From the NCBI RefSeq assembly GCF_001194135.2, contig NC_068991.1, positions 53,552,810 through 53,616,809 of the forward strand: DNA of 64,000 nucleotides. Reading direction: 5' to 3'. A model generated the notes under the pieces. The model was not told the DNA's origin. It searched no databases and worked only from the letters and a program-made list of their open reading frames with translations. Each line of letters starts with the position of its first letter. The first letter of the stretch is position 1. The stretch is from Octopus bimaculoides (taxonomy: Eukaryota). This document shows, piece after piece, positions 23,384 to 35,815 of this stretch. The translations under genes and the position numbers were made by a program.

Positions 23384-25544
23384 NNNNNNNNNNNNNNNNN
23401 NNNNNNNNNNNNNNNNNNNNNNNNNNNNNNNNNNNNNNNNNNNNNNNNNNNNNNNNNNNNNNNNNNNNNNNNNNNNNNNNNNNNATATATATATATATCA
23501 ATAATAATAGTGATTGTTTCTTATTAGGAACAAGAGGGTTAATAGGACTGCAAGAGAAGTGCTCAAGTAAGTGAGACGAGTATAACAAACTTTTGTTGCA
23601 GAACAAACAACAAATTTATGGTCATCCAACTAATATAGCACATATCGAACATTTAATCACATATAAAGAAACATAATACTTTTTCTATACATAGAATACG
23701 GAAGCACAAAATCACAGAAGATGAAACAATACTTGATTTAGACAGGTATAAAGAAAAAAAGTGAGTACAGTCTATCACGTATAAAAAAAATTTTTTAAAT
23801 TAGTAAATTAATACTTCAACGTCTAAAAAAATTTTTTTTACATTATAAAACCTAAAATAAAATAATAAATATATAAAAATATAAATAGATAAATATAAAA
23901 ATACGTATATAAAAAACATAAATACATAAGGTATAGATAAATGTTCATCGATTAAGAATATTTTATGATTAAAAGTTACTTTTTAAGGTAGAAAGAAACC
24001 TTTTAAGGTAAAAAGAAACCTTTTAAGAAAAGCTGGTATCCAAGCAAAAAAAAAACAACATAATTACAGTCCCTATGGCCATTTTAGGGGTTCATTAACG
24101 TAGTCAATGCACGGGGGTGCATTACGGTAATGACTCCTTCGTCGGGGGAAAATAGTAACACCACATACCAATACGAGATTTCTTTGTAATTTGAGATCAT
24201 TGTGATGAATGGTCAGTTTACCCTAACACACCACTAAAAATTACTAACTTTATAAACTTATTTATTACATGGGTACATACACTTACTTAGAAGTCATAGT
24301 ATATGTATATGTGTGCATACACACACACACTCATATAGACACATACGCTAACATGCTCGAGCGTATACAAGTACGCCTCATTATACACAGCTCTAAATAC
24401 ATGAATATACACATACATCTCCACACATATCTACAGTTACACCCTAGTAACCATATACATACACTCACATATCCACATATCCTTAAGCGCACGTACAGAT
24501 ATAGATATATCTCCATGTATAGTATCCGCATACATGCACACACGTCCATCCATGTATACACACATACAGTACACCTTATAAGTGTATATCTTGTTTATGA
24601 GTACATAACAGTTATATTTAATATACTATTCTCAATAGATCGAGTTACATATATTTAAAAAATTAAAAAAAAAAGTTTTTTTGATCTGTCTATGACATTG
24701 AAATGAGGGATGATCAATAAAGGAAATGGTTTAAAAAGAAAAGAAATATGTGATAAAAGGGAGCAGCAAATTAACAATAAGTGAAATAATTGATATAGAG
24801 ATATAAGGTTCTATAGGAATAGAGTTTTAAAAGAATCATTTTAAAAGAAATAGAGTTTTACAAGAATCGTTTTTAAAAAATTAATAGTGGAAGAGCATTA
24901 GAAGTAGTAAAAATACTGATAGAATAAACCGGTGATATTAGAAAGATGTTGTAAAATATTAAAAATATCAAAACCCATCAGATATATTTGGAAATTCATA
25001 AAAGATACATGACAAGATACATAAAAAGATAAATAATGATAGGTTACAAAGAGGTGAAAATAAGATGAAAGGGTAAAAAGTAAAGAGAAAATGTAAAAAA
25101 ATAAAATAAAATGAAATGAAAATTAAGATGGAAGTTAAAAATAAAGTATGAAGAACAATTATAATAGTCTGTTGTGTCTGGGGAGAGTCATTTTCTCATT
25201 GTGCCTTAAAATTTAACACACTCACCAGTAAAATTTCACTTATTTCTTATAATAGTAATAATATAATAGTAATAATATAGTGATTGGAAAAATATTGTGA
25301 TTGGAGAAATTTCAGGTCTATCTACTTGTGTAAATTATATGTCATTGGGCAACTTCTACTATATTCCTATTTTAATTGTTTAGGAAGTGTTATATGAAGT
25401 TAAAAGAGTCTAGGTTCCTATCAACTAATGATTACTAGTATAATATTGTTATAAACATTATTGAAGTTATTAGTGCTAGCTAATAGGACTTATGCGTATG
25501 GTAGTGTTATTCGAAATTTTAAAGTCAATCACTATATTATTTAG

Positions 25545-25598
25545 ATATGTTCGTGCCAGGTAAAAGCACCACTGATGCTATATTTCTAGTGAGACAGC
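25545..25598 (+). mobile_element. RTE reverse transcriptase fragment cut by an assembly gap
   Basis: FVPGKSTTDAIFLVRQ, the typical GF.PG.ST.DAIF..RQ RT motif. Confidence 0.7.
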
Positions 25599-26257
25599 NN
25601 NNNNNNNNNNNNNNNNNNNNNNNNNNNNNNNNNNNNNNNNNNNNNNNNNNNNNNNNNNNNNNNNNNNNNNNNNNNNNNNNNNNNNNNNNNNNNNNNNNCA
25701 TACATATATATATATATATATATCTAGCATAATGGTTTGACAAAAGAGACTGATAGAATAAGTACAATACTAGAAATATAGTACTGGGATTGCTTTGTTT
25801 TACTAAAAACCTTTCAAGGTGATGCCCCAGCATTGTCACAGTCCAATGACCGAAACAAGTAAAAGATAGATGAAAGATGTTATTTTTTCAAAATGGCATT
25901 TGTCAGTGAACTGGACTTTTAATGAATTTTGTTAGCTTTTATTTAATATCTGATTGAGTAGATTTATGTATGAAAATCAATCTTGGCCTGACCATCCTGT
26001 TTTTATATGGATATCTAGGTGATTCCATTATTTATTATGTCCTTTTCCTTTTAAGAAGTGAGCATGTAATATGAAGGCAACATAGCCACTATTTCTAGCA
26101 GGTTCAGTCATCATATAGCAGACTCGCTTGTTGATTGTTTCTGTTTAACATACATAATTAATGATTCTTATTTGTGATAGTTTTATAAAAAGTATCATTA
26201 TTTTGATACTCTGATAATTAGAAATAGCTTTAATAACATTCATTTACTATTAGACTC

Positions 26258-26680
26258 AAGGCAGTATGCTGGCAGAATTGTCAGTATCTTGGACAAAAAC
26301 CTTAGCAGTATTTTGCCTGCCCTTATGTTCTGAGTTGAAATTCTGCTGAGGTCGACTTTGGTTTTCATCTATTCAGGATCAATAAAATAAATACCAGTTG
26401 ATCACTGGGGTTGATGTAATCAACTAGTCTCCTCCCCCTAAATTTCAGGCCTTATGCCTATAGAAGAAAGGATTGTTAGACTTGAGTAGGTGACCTAGCA
26501 GAATCATTAACGTGCTAGACAAAATGCTTAGTGGCATTTCGTCTGTCTTTACATTCTGAGTTCAAATTCTACCAAGGTTGACTTTACCTTCCATCACTTT
26601 GGGGTAGATAAAATAAAGTACCAGTCAAGCTTGTCTCTTCTCAAAATTGCTGACCTTGTGCCAGAATTAGAGAGAGTTAT
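26258..26680 (+). mobile_element. SINE family B head-to-tail dimer, strongly CpG-decayed
   Basis: Two consecutive copies starting ~26258 and ~26480. Confidence 0.8.
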
Positions 26681-26981
26681 TAAAATTTAAGAAATAGTTA
26701 GTTTTAATATGGTCCCAGGTCAGTTTGTTATTGAGCAGACCTGTGACATGCAGATATCCAGTTGAATGACCAAGAATGACCTATAAATCTGTTGTTTCTG
26801 GTATACTGTGCTTGTGTGTCGTTGAGAAGCATACTGCATGCTCTGACATCCAGTGATGCATTCTCGTGGGACTTACCTTGTCATCTTAAAAAAGGAATAC
26901 AAAGAAACCAGCTGAATATTTCTGGGTGAAGTTGTTGAAGGAAAAGGTTGTGATTGTTGTTTATTTTCAGGTGAACCTTAA

Positions 26982-27201
26982 GCTCTTTAGCACTCAGGTT
27001 ACTCTGTCAAATGTAAAGCTTATTCATTCACATCGTTTTCAAGTAGTCATGCATTATCTCATAACTATTATATTTTGATGATGTGATTGTTTATTGTTAG
27101 AATGACATTGTAGGGTAAGTGTGAGAGACTAGATCTGGTTGGTTTGAACATAAAACAGAATATCTGAGGGGCCTGATATGGTTGGTTTAAATGCTAAAGG
27201 G
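26982..27201. mobile_element. piggyBac-like MITE
   Basis: TTAA|GCTCTTTAGCA ... TGCTAAAGGG|TTAA, with the internal sequence shared with 7172-7391. Confidence 0.75.
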
Positions 27202-27704
27202 TTAAAGAGCTGACCTATAATTAAAGGTATTGCTGCTGTGATTATCTCATCTGCTTCTCAGATTGTGTATCTTGGACTACATCATTCAGTGTATCTTTTT
27301 CTTATTTAAGATGGTGGGGCATGTTTTCAATTGGAAATGGAGGTGAAGATTTGACTGCTATTTCTATCTGTTTAAATGACCACATAAAGCACCTTCTTTG
27401 TTCAGTTTTGTAGATTTGAGGTTCACAAACTTGTGGGTAGTTTACAGGATTTTTTTTTTTAAAGATGGTGGTGGGGTGGGAGAATATATTTTGCTGTCAT
27501 TAGACTGTGTGACCATACTGGAGCACTGCCTGGTAGAATTTTTAGTTGAATGAATCGATACCAGTATTTATTTTTTTTAAAGCCTGGTACTTATTCCATT
27601 AATGTCTTTTGCTGAACTGCTGTGTTACAGGGATGTGAACCCACCAATACTGGTTTTGAGGTTTCTTGTTTTTATTAATCATAATTCTTCTTTTCCTTTT
27701 GAAG

Positions 27705-28647
27705 GATTGAAATGAATGGCAAAGAGGATATATTCTCTGACTTCAGTGAAAAATTACGACGCCATGTGGAACAATGTATTGAAAAGTTGCAAAACTTTCC
27801 TCCGGTTACTTACCAACACACCCTTTTGACTCTCTTCACAACATGGGATTATCATGATTCTAAGAAAGAACTCCATGAAAACACCGTCCGTAATTGGCTT
27901 GCATTAGGTCCGTCCGTCAAGGTGATTGTCTTCTCTACCAATCCTGAGACAAGAATTTTCTGTGAAAAGATTGGTTGTAATTACCAGTCTATCACTGTTC
28001 AGCGTGTAACTGGAGTGCCTTTATTGAAATCAATGTATTTAGAAGCACAGAAATCATTTGATAGCTTTTTTTATGCATTTGCCAATGCGGATATTTTATT
28101 TGAAGCAAATCTAATCAAGACATTGGAGCGTGTTTTGTATATGTTTAATAATACAGAAAAGGCAATTTTGATAATTGGACAACGGACAAATGTTATGAAT
28201 GTTACCAAAGAAGAAGCTGTTCCAGTTGATTCTGTGACTAAAATTGCCCTGGACCGTGGAACTATATTCCGAACTGATGCTGAAGATTATTTCATTACAT
28301 CAAGGCCATTTCCATGGAAAGCATTTCCAGATTTCATTGTTGGAAGTCCAGCATATGATAATTGGTTAGTTGCATATGCTATTCATAATAATTTCTTAAC
28401 GATAGATGCCACAAATTCTATCATAGCTGTACATCAGACCACGAGGTCTGGAAACTATGATGGGCATCACAAACGCTTTACGGATTATAATCTTAAATTA
28501 ATTAGAAAAATACGCTCACGGGTTAATGTCCTTGCTGGACACACAATTTGTACAAAATATTTTGCTCAAAAAGACTTTTGTGGGCTCACAGAAATTCTTC
28601 TGCGCAGAACAAATCCTTGTGCCAAGCCAAAATCCAGAAGAGGATGA
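27705..28647 (+). CDS. Coding exon 2: luminal nucleotide-sugar-transferase (GT-A-like) domain of an uncharacterised 382-aa protein
   Basis: Acceptor ttcttttccttttgaag| at 27704 completes AG|G (Arg) in frame with the 311-aa ORF. Motifs: TLFTTW, FANADILF, IIGQRTNV, AEDYFIT, PDFIVGSPAYDNWLV, IDATNSIIAVHQT. Three N-glycosylation sequons in the spliced protein (NQT, NNT, NVT). The function assignment is from recalled motif similarity. Confidence 0.85.
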
Positions 28648-28675
28648 TGGATATATATCTATTTTTGGAAAAAAT

Positions 28676-28766
28676 AATAAAGTTGTATAAATCACCACAC
28701 ACTTTTAAAAATAAAAGAACAACAAAAATCCAATAAATTTATTTTATATGTTTATTTTACAATAAA
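28676..28766. terminator. Two-way poly(A) signal cluster
   Basis: AATAAA on + at 28676, 28710, 28732 and 28761. AATAAA on - (TTTATT) at 28738 and 28751. Confidence 0.55.
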
Positions 28767-29425
28767 AAATTATTGAAAGTTTTGTTAGAGCACTGTGTTT
28801 TGCTTGGTCCTACCAACCAACAGCACATGTTTGGGCATCAGGTCATTGGTAATATATAATTTAAAAAAATCATAATTTTATAAAAAAATTTTGGACCAGA
28901 CTGTTCAGTAGTTTCCCTTCAGAGCATTTTTGAATGATGGGCAACTCTTCAGTAAGGAAAGTATTTGTAAATAACTGAAACTGCTTAAATTATAGACTTG
29001 GTGCCTGACAATTCCTTGATTCCATGACAAATGTATTTTCCTGTTATATAACCCCTAAATGCTGTGTTTCTGCTGATGTGATGTCAGTGTTGTGTTTGAA
29101 ATTGTCAACAGTTAGCAATATTTTGAGAATGGTTAATAATTTAAATTTTGGTGTTTGATTAATATATTGTCTTATTGAAACTATGATGTAAATGGTAAAG
29201 GAATGAATCTACAGGAAAGATTTCTGTGTCTGTATAAAGGTTATTCACTGAACATATGAAGTCTTCATTTATCACTTATTACCAAGTTTGAATACATTTG
29301 AAAATACATCCAAATATCTTCTATAACTGATTTCGTTAGTATCATTTTAGCCATTTCTATGGCTTTCATTTAATATCCTTGAATCCATATTTTTGTCTTC
29401 ATTTTTTTGTTACATTCCTTTTTCA

Positions 29426-32400
29426 CTATTCCAGCATGAGTATGTTTGGTGATGCTTAAATATATAATTACATACACATCATTAACAGCTCATTAACAGC
29501 TGGGGGCTTCTCCTCACAAGAATTCATGTGAAAAAAACCATGGATCTCAGTCTAATTTTTTTATGAGTCACTCTTATATTTATGAGTGATTCTGGTAGCT
29601 ACAAGTGAATCTGGTACTTACAAATTACTCTAGTATTTACCAGTGACTCTGGTATTGGTATAACATTATGACTTACTGAAGGGATATCCTTCTTGAAGAG
29701 GTGTGCCAAATACCCAGTCACCTAACTCTTTTAGTATCCTCTTATATGATCTATGGTTGGCTGGCTTGGTTTCAAAGTTGACCTTGATAATTAGAAACAT
29801 TTCAATGTCATCATAGAAGAGTAATTACACCAGTATTTAATTGGTAAACACTTATGTGAACTTTATATTTAGATAAGAAGTCATATTTTCTTTTGTTTCA
29901 TTCCAAGTCTCTGTGTTTAAATACACTGTTTTTAGTAAAGTGGGTGCTAAACATATTTAATGCAATGAGGTAAGAAACTGTAATTAAATATAATTTCACT
30001 TATACTAAGAAGAAATAATTATCAGCTAAATGATTAATTCTGGTCAAGAAAGGCATGGGACACATTCCTGGAATTAAATTCAAATTGATAATAAAAAAAA
30101 TAGAATACAGTGTTGGAGTGTTTTTAGAGAGTTACTTTACCTTTAGATCTACATTGAATTCATAGAGATTAATCTTTAGGGTTAAAACAAAGGTCTTGGA
30201 CAGACTTTCCTTAGAAATAAGGTGGGATAGCCATGGTTGAAATGCCTGGTCATAGATCTCAGAGTTGACATGAGGCTAATCAGCAACAAGATGGAATGGT
30301 CCTGTTTGGAATACTTTGATCATGTCTTCCTTATCAGCGTTAAACAAAAATAAGATTGGATGGTCACAAATGGATTGCCTTAATCATGTGTCTGATCAGT
30401 CCTGTGATTTAAGTATAGAAAAATCCAAACAACATTGTCTTAATAAAAAAACAATAAAATAGAGGCAAATTAAAAAGAAATATTTTATGCTTAAATGAAT
30501 AAATGCCAAGGAATTTTTTGCTTAACCTTTTGTCAGTTAATAGTCTCTTTTCTTTGTGAGAAGACGTCTTGGCTATGTAAAGAATGTTTGGTTAACATGA
30601 AAGGTTACTTGAGATTGTATATATTAACCTTTGTAAAAAATGAGAAGCTGTGTGTTGTTGCTTGAGATGGAGATCTGTTTTGGGTAAAATAAACATAGAA
30701 CAATATCATCCATCATCTTCACCATCATTTAATGTTTAAGTTAGATGGTTTGATAGGTTCAAGGACTGCATCATACTCCAGTATCTGCTTTTGTATGATT
30801 TCTAGGGCTGGATATCCCTTCCTAATGCTATCCACATTACAGAGTGTATTTGTCACTGGTGCTAATGAGGTCATCATGCACTTTGCAAGACTACAAAACA
30901 TGAGGGGGGGGGATGTAGGCTTTATGCTAGGAAATGAGGGTTATTTTATGAGAGAAAGGAGTGGGGCAGAGCTGGTTCTTGTTACAGTGGGGCAACATGG
31001 CTACTAACAATTAAACAGGAGTTGCTTTAGGTTTTTTCATTACTTAAGACTACAAAAACTATTCTAATTCCTAAGTAAGTCAAATTCCATCAGAATCTGG
31101 TTCTTTGTAATACCTGGTGGTTGACAGTAAAAAAATTCTAAAAGTGATTTGTCTGAAAGTGTCATATAAGACCTCTCCTAGTTTCATTGATGTCATTCTT
31201 TTTGAATAGCTTTGATCATCAATTCTTTAGTTAGACCTATGACACAGGGGTACCTCTTTAGTGCTTAGTGTCTCTCATATGCTTATTATATGATGCCTGA
31301 CCTATTGACTTGAGACAAACTTCATTGTTTTAAGGCTTGAAGCTTTAAGACATGCATTCAATTTACTCTGTCAAATGTAAGACTTGTTTATCCATATTAT
31401 TTTGAATTATGTATTATTACATAGCTACAAAATTTCAATGATGTGATTGTTTATTTTTAGAATGACATTGTAGGGTAGGTGTAAGAAGCTAGATCTAGCT
31501 GGTTTGAACATAAAACAGGTAGAATATCAGTACCAGATATGGCCACTTAAAATACTAAGCGGTTAAACATGTGGTCCATAATCTAAAGACTATAGGGAGA
31601 GTTTACTGCTATGATTTGCTACTGACAATGTGAAGGAAATTTCCTGTGGTCCTCAATTTCAATGCAGATCCAATATTTTCCACAATACAGTTAAATTACT
31701 TTCTACAAAAAATAAACTGGAATAGTATTACCACATCTCTAACAAATACTGTTGGGATTGTTGACTATTTTGTATTGTGGTTCAAACTTAAAACTGGGCT
31801 TCGTTCAACATTCTACTTCTTTTCATTCCATATTCATCACATACTATATTACATATTATACTAAATGCATAGACTTCCTGATAAGGATTCAGACTCTTTT
31901 TTGCTTGTGGATGTTAATTTAAGCATCATAGTGAAACTGGCAGACATTATATATTATTATATATTACAGAGTAACTGCTAAGCAGTGATGTGTATAAATA
32001 CAAACTTGTTACCAGTTCAAATATGCCTCATGCATCTTTGAACTGGTAACAGTTAATATTATATTTTGTTATATATTATAAAACATAATATGTATTACTA
32101 TGATAATATACCATGTCTGCTGGAATAATATATTATAATTTGTCATTTGTGTTGTTCGTTCATTACCCGTCCTGTTCTCAACAAAATATGGCATTATGTT
32201 TTTAGTTGAGTACCCCATTGTCATAAATATTCCATTGATCTACAATTTGTTTTAATCCTTTTGGTACCAATTCACCTGAAATGACTCCTGGTTCTGTGAT
32301 ACAAAACTGTCTATTTTAAAGTGCTCATATTTAATTTCAAAACTTCCATCATAAATGTTAGAATATTTTCCTAAGTCATCAGCTTAATAATGAAAATGTT

Positions 32401-33696
32401 ATTTTATGAATACTTTCAAAATTTTAATTATTTTTAAAGCTAATTGAAGTGCATAAGCAGTATATTTCATTAATCCTTCAGAATTCAGATTACTCTGTTT
32501 AATGTAATGTTATTTACATTGTTTTGAATTAATCATACAATTATCTTGTAGATTTAAGATTTCAATGATGCATTTGTTTACTTTTAAAATGACATTGCAG
32601 GGTAGTTGTGAGAGGCCTGATCTGGTCAGTTTGAACACAAAACAGGTAGAATATTTGGGCTAGATATAGCTGGTTTAAATGCTGAGGGGTTAAAAGTATT
32701 GTATGAAATAGTTAAGGACAGCAGTAAGATGTATAAAATATTGTGTTTTCTTCCATTCATTTGTGAGGATTTTTCTTCAGTGGTAATTATAATGGCAATA
32801 TGTTACTCTGGTACTGGTATCTTTTGTGGTTGCCTTGTCTGGATATAATAACAGCTAAACTTGTTGCTGATTATTCTGTTGTGGAGTGTGCACTTGTTGA
32901 AAAAATATTCTTCATATCTGCACTTATGTGAGTGTTGTAATGTTTCTACTTCTGGAAGTCACATGTTAGTTAAAAACTGAAAACATTTGAAGAAGTTATA
33001 TCATTAAAATAATCATGAAAAGACAGACTTTACTAACTAACAATTAACCCTGTTTTTCTCACTGGGGATATTTGCAAGGTCACTTGACTGTAAATAAACT
33101 TGTTCCAATACCAACTTATTCATTATTGTTCCATAATAACACAAGTGTATTGTACCAATCATGGAACTATTGTCCAAAGTGAATTAGTTGTTTCAAGAAA
33201 AAAGTATCTTTTTACACCTTCATAAACGACATTTTATAACTAAATCCCCAAACCAAATTTTTATTCACAAATGAAAACAATCAGTTGTATATTGTATTCT
33301 TTTAATGGATTTTTACCAAGCTGATATCAAATTTCTCTTACAATATTATTGGTTTTTTACCCGCCTACTTGCATTTGGCTGATGTTTATGATACCATAAA
33401 ATATCCTCAACAATTATCTGAATTTTTTTTCCTGTTTTACATTCATTTTTCTTTTTACCTTGTTGATTTTCTTTTTCATGACAGACCTAAGCAAATGTTG
33501 AATTTGTTGGCTGTCAAAATAATTGGACTTTCAAACAATATTACAACATTATTCTGTTTCTCTGTTTCTGTCTTCCTTGTTAAAAATTAACCCTACTCCA
33601 TCTCGGTGAATATTAAGAAGGTAATAATAAAATAAACTTACTCCAATAATATGCAAGTACTCCAATTTGGAAAAAAACAAAACAAATTTCCTTATG
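29426..33696 (-). CDS. Candidate multi-exon gene of unknown product (C-terminal ~221 aa), 5' end not found
   Basis: GT-AG exons 33696-33642, 33486-33369, 32951-32815, 32239-32167, 31152-31114, 30572-30527, 30204-30141, 29782-29677 and 29454-29426 join in one stop-free frame ending ...RILKELGDWVFGTPLQEGYPFTSPNILMLE*. Two junctions (donor 32814, acceptor 30205) are weak. No homolog recognised. Confidence 0.4.
31350..31562. mobile_element. piggyBac-like MITE, decayed
   Basis: Internal sequence shared with 7172-7391. The right end is aatactaagcgg|ttaa. Confidence 0.65.
32474..32689. mobile_element. piggyBac-like MITE
   Basis: TTAA|TCCTTCAG ... GCTGAGGGG|TTAA, with the shared internal sequence. 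Confidence 0.7.
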
Positions 33697-33732
33697 CTAG
33701 TTAAAATAGATCAAACCATTATTATTATTTTA

Positions 33733-34510
33733 AGGCAGTGAACTGGCAGAATTGTTAGAATGCTGGACAAAATTTCTGTTAAGGTCAACTTTGCCTTTTG
33801 TCCTTTCAGGGTTGATAAAATAAGTACCCTTTGAAATGAGCAATTGATTTATCCCCTCCCCTGAAATTGCTGGCCTTGTGCCAAAAGTTGAAACCATTAT
33901 TATTAAGGTGGTGAGCTGGCAGAATCGTTAGCATGCCAGGCAAAATGCTCAGTGGTATTTTGTCTGTCCTCATGTTCTGAGTTCAAATTCTACTGAGGTC
34001 GACTTTGCCTCTCATCCTTTCGAGGTCAATAGAATAAGTACCACCTCCAAAATTTCAGGATTATCATTATTATTATGGTGACAAGCTGAGAGAACTGTTA
34101 GTGCACCAGGCAAAATGCTGAGCAGTATTCTTTTTGGCCCTTTTCATTCAGAGTTCAAATTCCGCTAAGGTCGACTTTGTCTTTTATTGTTTTAGGGTTG
34201 ATAAAATAAAGTACTGGGGTTGATGTAAGCGATTATCTCCCTTCCCCAAGATTTCAGACCAAAGCATTATTATTACTGTTATTATTCAGGTGGTGAGCTC
34301 GCAGACTATAACTGTATCAAGCAAAATGCTTTGCAGCATTTCTTCCATTGGCTTTTTATGTTCTAAGTTCAAATTCTGCCATGGTCAACTTTTCCTTTCA
34401 TCCTTTTGTGGTCAATAGAATAGGTACTAGTTAAGTACTGGGGCCAATGTAATCAAGTAACACCCTCCTGCTAAAACTGCTGGCCTTGTACCAAAATTAG
34501 AAAGAATTAT
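33733..34510 (+). mobile_element. Head-to-tail array of four SINE family B copies, CpG-decayed
   Basis: Units start ~33733, 33905, 34076 and 34288, each after an (ATT)n tail. Confidence 0.85.
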
Positions 34511-34521
34511 TGTTATAATTT

Positions 34522-35300
34522 CCATTTCACTTCTCAGAGCTGTTGATTTTACATTCTCCTGTTAATTCTGTAAGAGCAGACAGCAACCAATTGTCAATGG
34601 CCTCATAGAGTCTCTTTCCACGATACTTAACACCAATCTCAAAGTCCTCTCTGTCTCCGATAGAGCAGTTTTCTGAGCATGTTCTACCCTCATGTCTGGT
34701 CCAATTTCTCCAATATTTCTCAAACCTGGTTGTTAGTGTTCCCAGTGCCCCTACACTACTGGGATGACAGTTACTCTTCATCGTCCTACAATATTCCTAC
34801 AATTTCGTCTTTTAGCAGCTTGTACTTTTCAATCTTTTTCAATTCTTTGTCACCCACTCATGCATCCCCGGGTATAGCAATATCTATGATCTTGGTTTCC
34901 TTTTTATTCAATACAACAATGTCTGGTCTCTAAGTATCAATCACTGAGTCACACTGGATTGTAAAATCCCATAAGATCTTATACTCGTTATGCTCGGTGA
35001 TGCCTCCTGGTTTCTACTTGTACCATTTCTGTGTTCTTTCAAGACCGTACTTCTCACACACTCCCCAGTGAACAAACTTAGCTATGTTACCATGTTTCCT
35101 TTTGTATTCCTTTTGGGCCAGTTTGCTACACTCACTCACAATTTGTGAGATTGTTTCATTTTTTGCTGCCATACATCCTACAAAGGATCTATTTGGAACT
35201 TGGTGTAATAACTTCCCAGAGTTTGTCCCTGGACGCTGAATATCAGTGCCTTGGTACATCCTTTCAAGTATTTTTCCTTAGCCACCTTCCAGTATTGGTC
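34522..35300 (-). mobile_element. R4/Dong-clade (restriction-like endonuclease) LINE, 3' fragment
   Basis: NETISQIVSECSKLAQKEYKRKHGNIAKFVHW, KILWDFTIQCD, RPDIVV..K....IIDIAIPGD, VIPVVVGALG. Confidence 0.9.
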
Positions 35301-35334
35301 TTGTTTGTAGTAGAATTGTTAGAACTTCAGTTGA

Positions 35335-35471
35335 AATGCCTTGCGAAATTTGTTCTGGTTATATATTTTCTGAGATCAAATCCTACTGAGGTCAATTTTA
35401 CCTTTTCTCCCTCTGGGGTCGATAAAGTAAAATACCACTCTAATACTGGGTCCACTTCACTCAAAATTGCT

Positions 35472-35509
<38 letters not shown>

Positions 35510-35815
35510 GCGAAGAGTCGAATGCATTCGCCTCAAGACACGACTGATACTTATTTTATCAACACCAAAAGGATGAAAGGCAAAATCATCCTCGGTGGAA
35601 TTTAAATCAGAATGCAAAAACAGACGAAATTCCACTAAGCATTTTGCCCAGCGTATTAATGATTCTGCCAACTCGCCCAATTTCCAGCATAGATAGAAAG
35701 CTTCAAATTTGAGGAGTGGGAATCGATTAAATTGCCTCCAGTGCATGACTGGCACTTTATTTACCATTCCCAGATGGATGAATGGCAACACTGACTTTGG
35801 TAAAATTTGAACTCA
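35335..35815. mobile_element. SINE family B copies (one +, two -) around a poly-T run
   Basis: Family B body on + at ~35335-35470 and on - at ~35520-35815. Confidence 0.7.

Noticed and set aside
24269-24658. 129-aa His/Thr/Tyr-rich ORF
   Set aside because: Degenerate (CA/TA)n low-complexity sequence.
27712-28647. Stand-alone single-exon or bacterial-contaminant gene
   Set aside because: It has a canonical acceptor in phase with an upstream anchor exon, nearby poly(A) signals, and is embedded among host SINEs.
30210-30420. In-frame extension SEIYDQAFQPWLSHL of the minus-strand exon
   Set aside because: It falls in degenerate tandem copies of a repeat tail and has an upstream in-frame stop.
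31620-31860. Additional exon of the minus-strand candidate gene
   Set aside because: All frames after the acceptor-like site hit stops, and the sequence weakly resembles a decayed mariner fragment.
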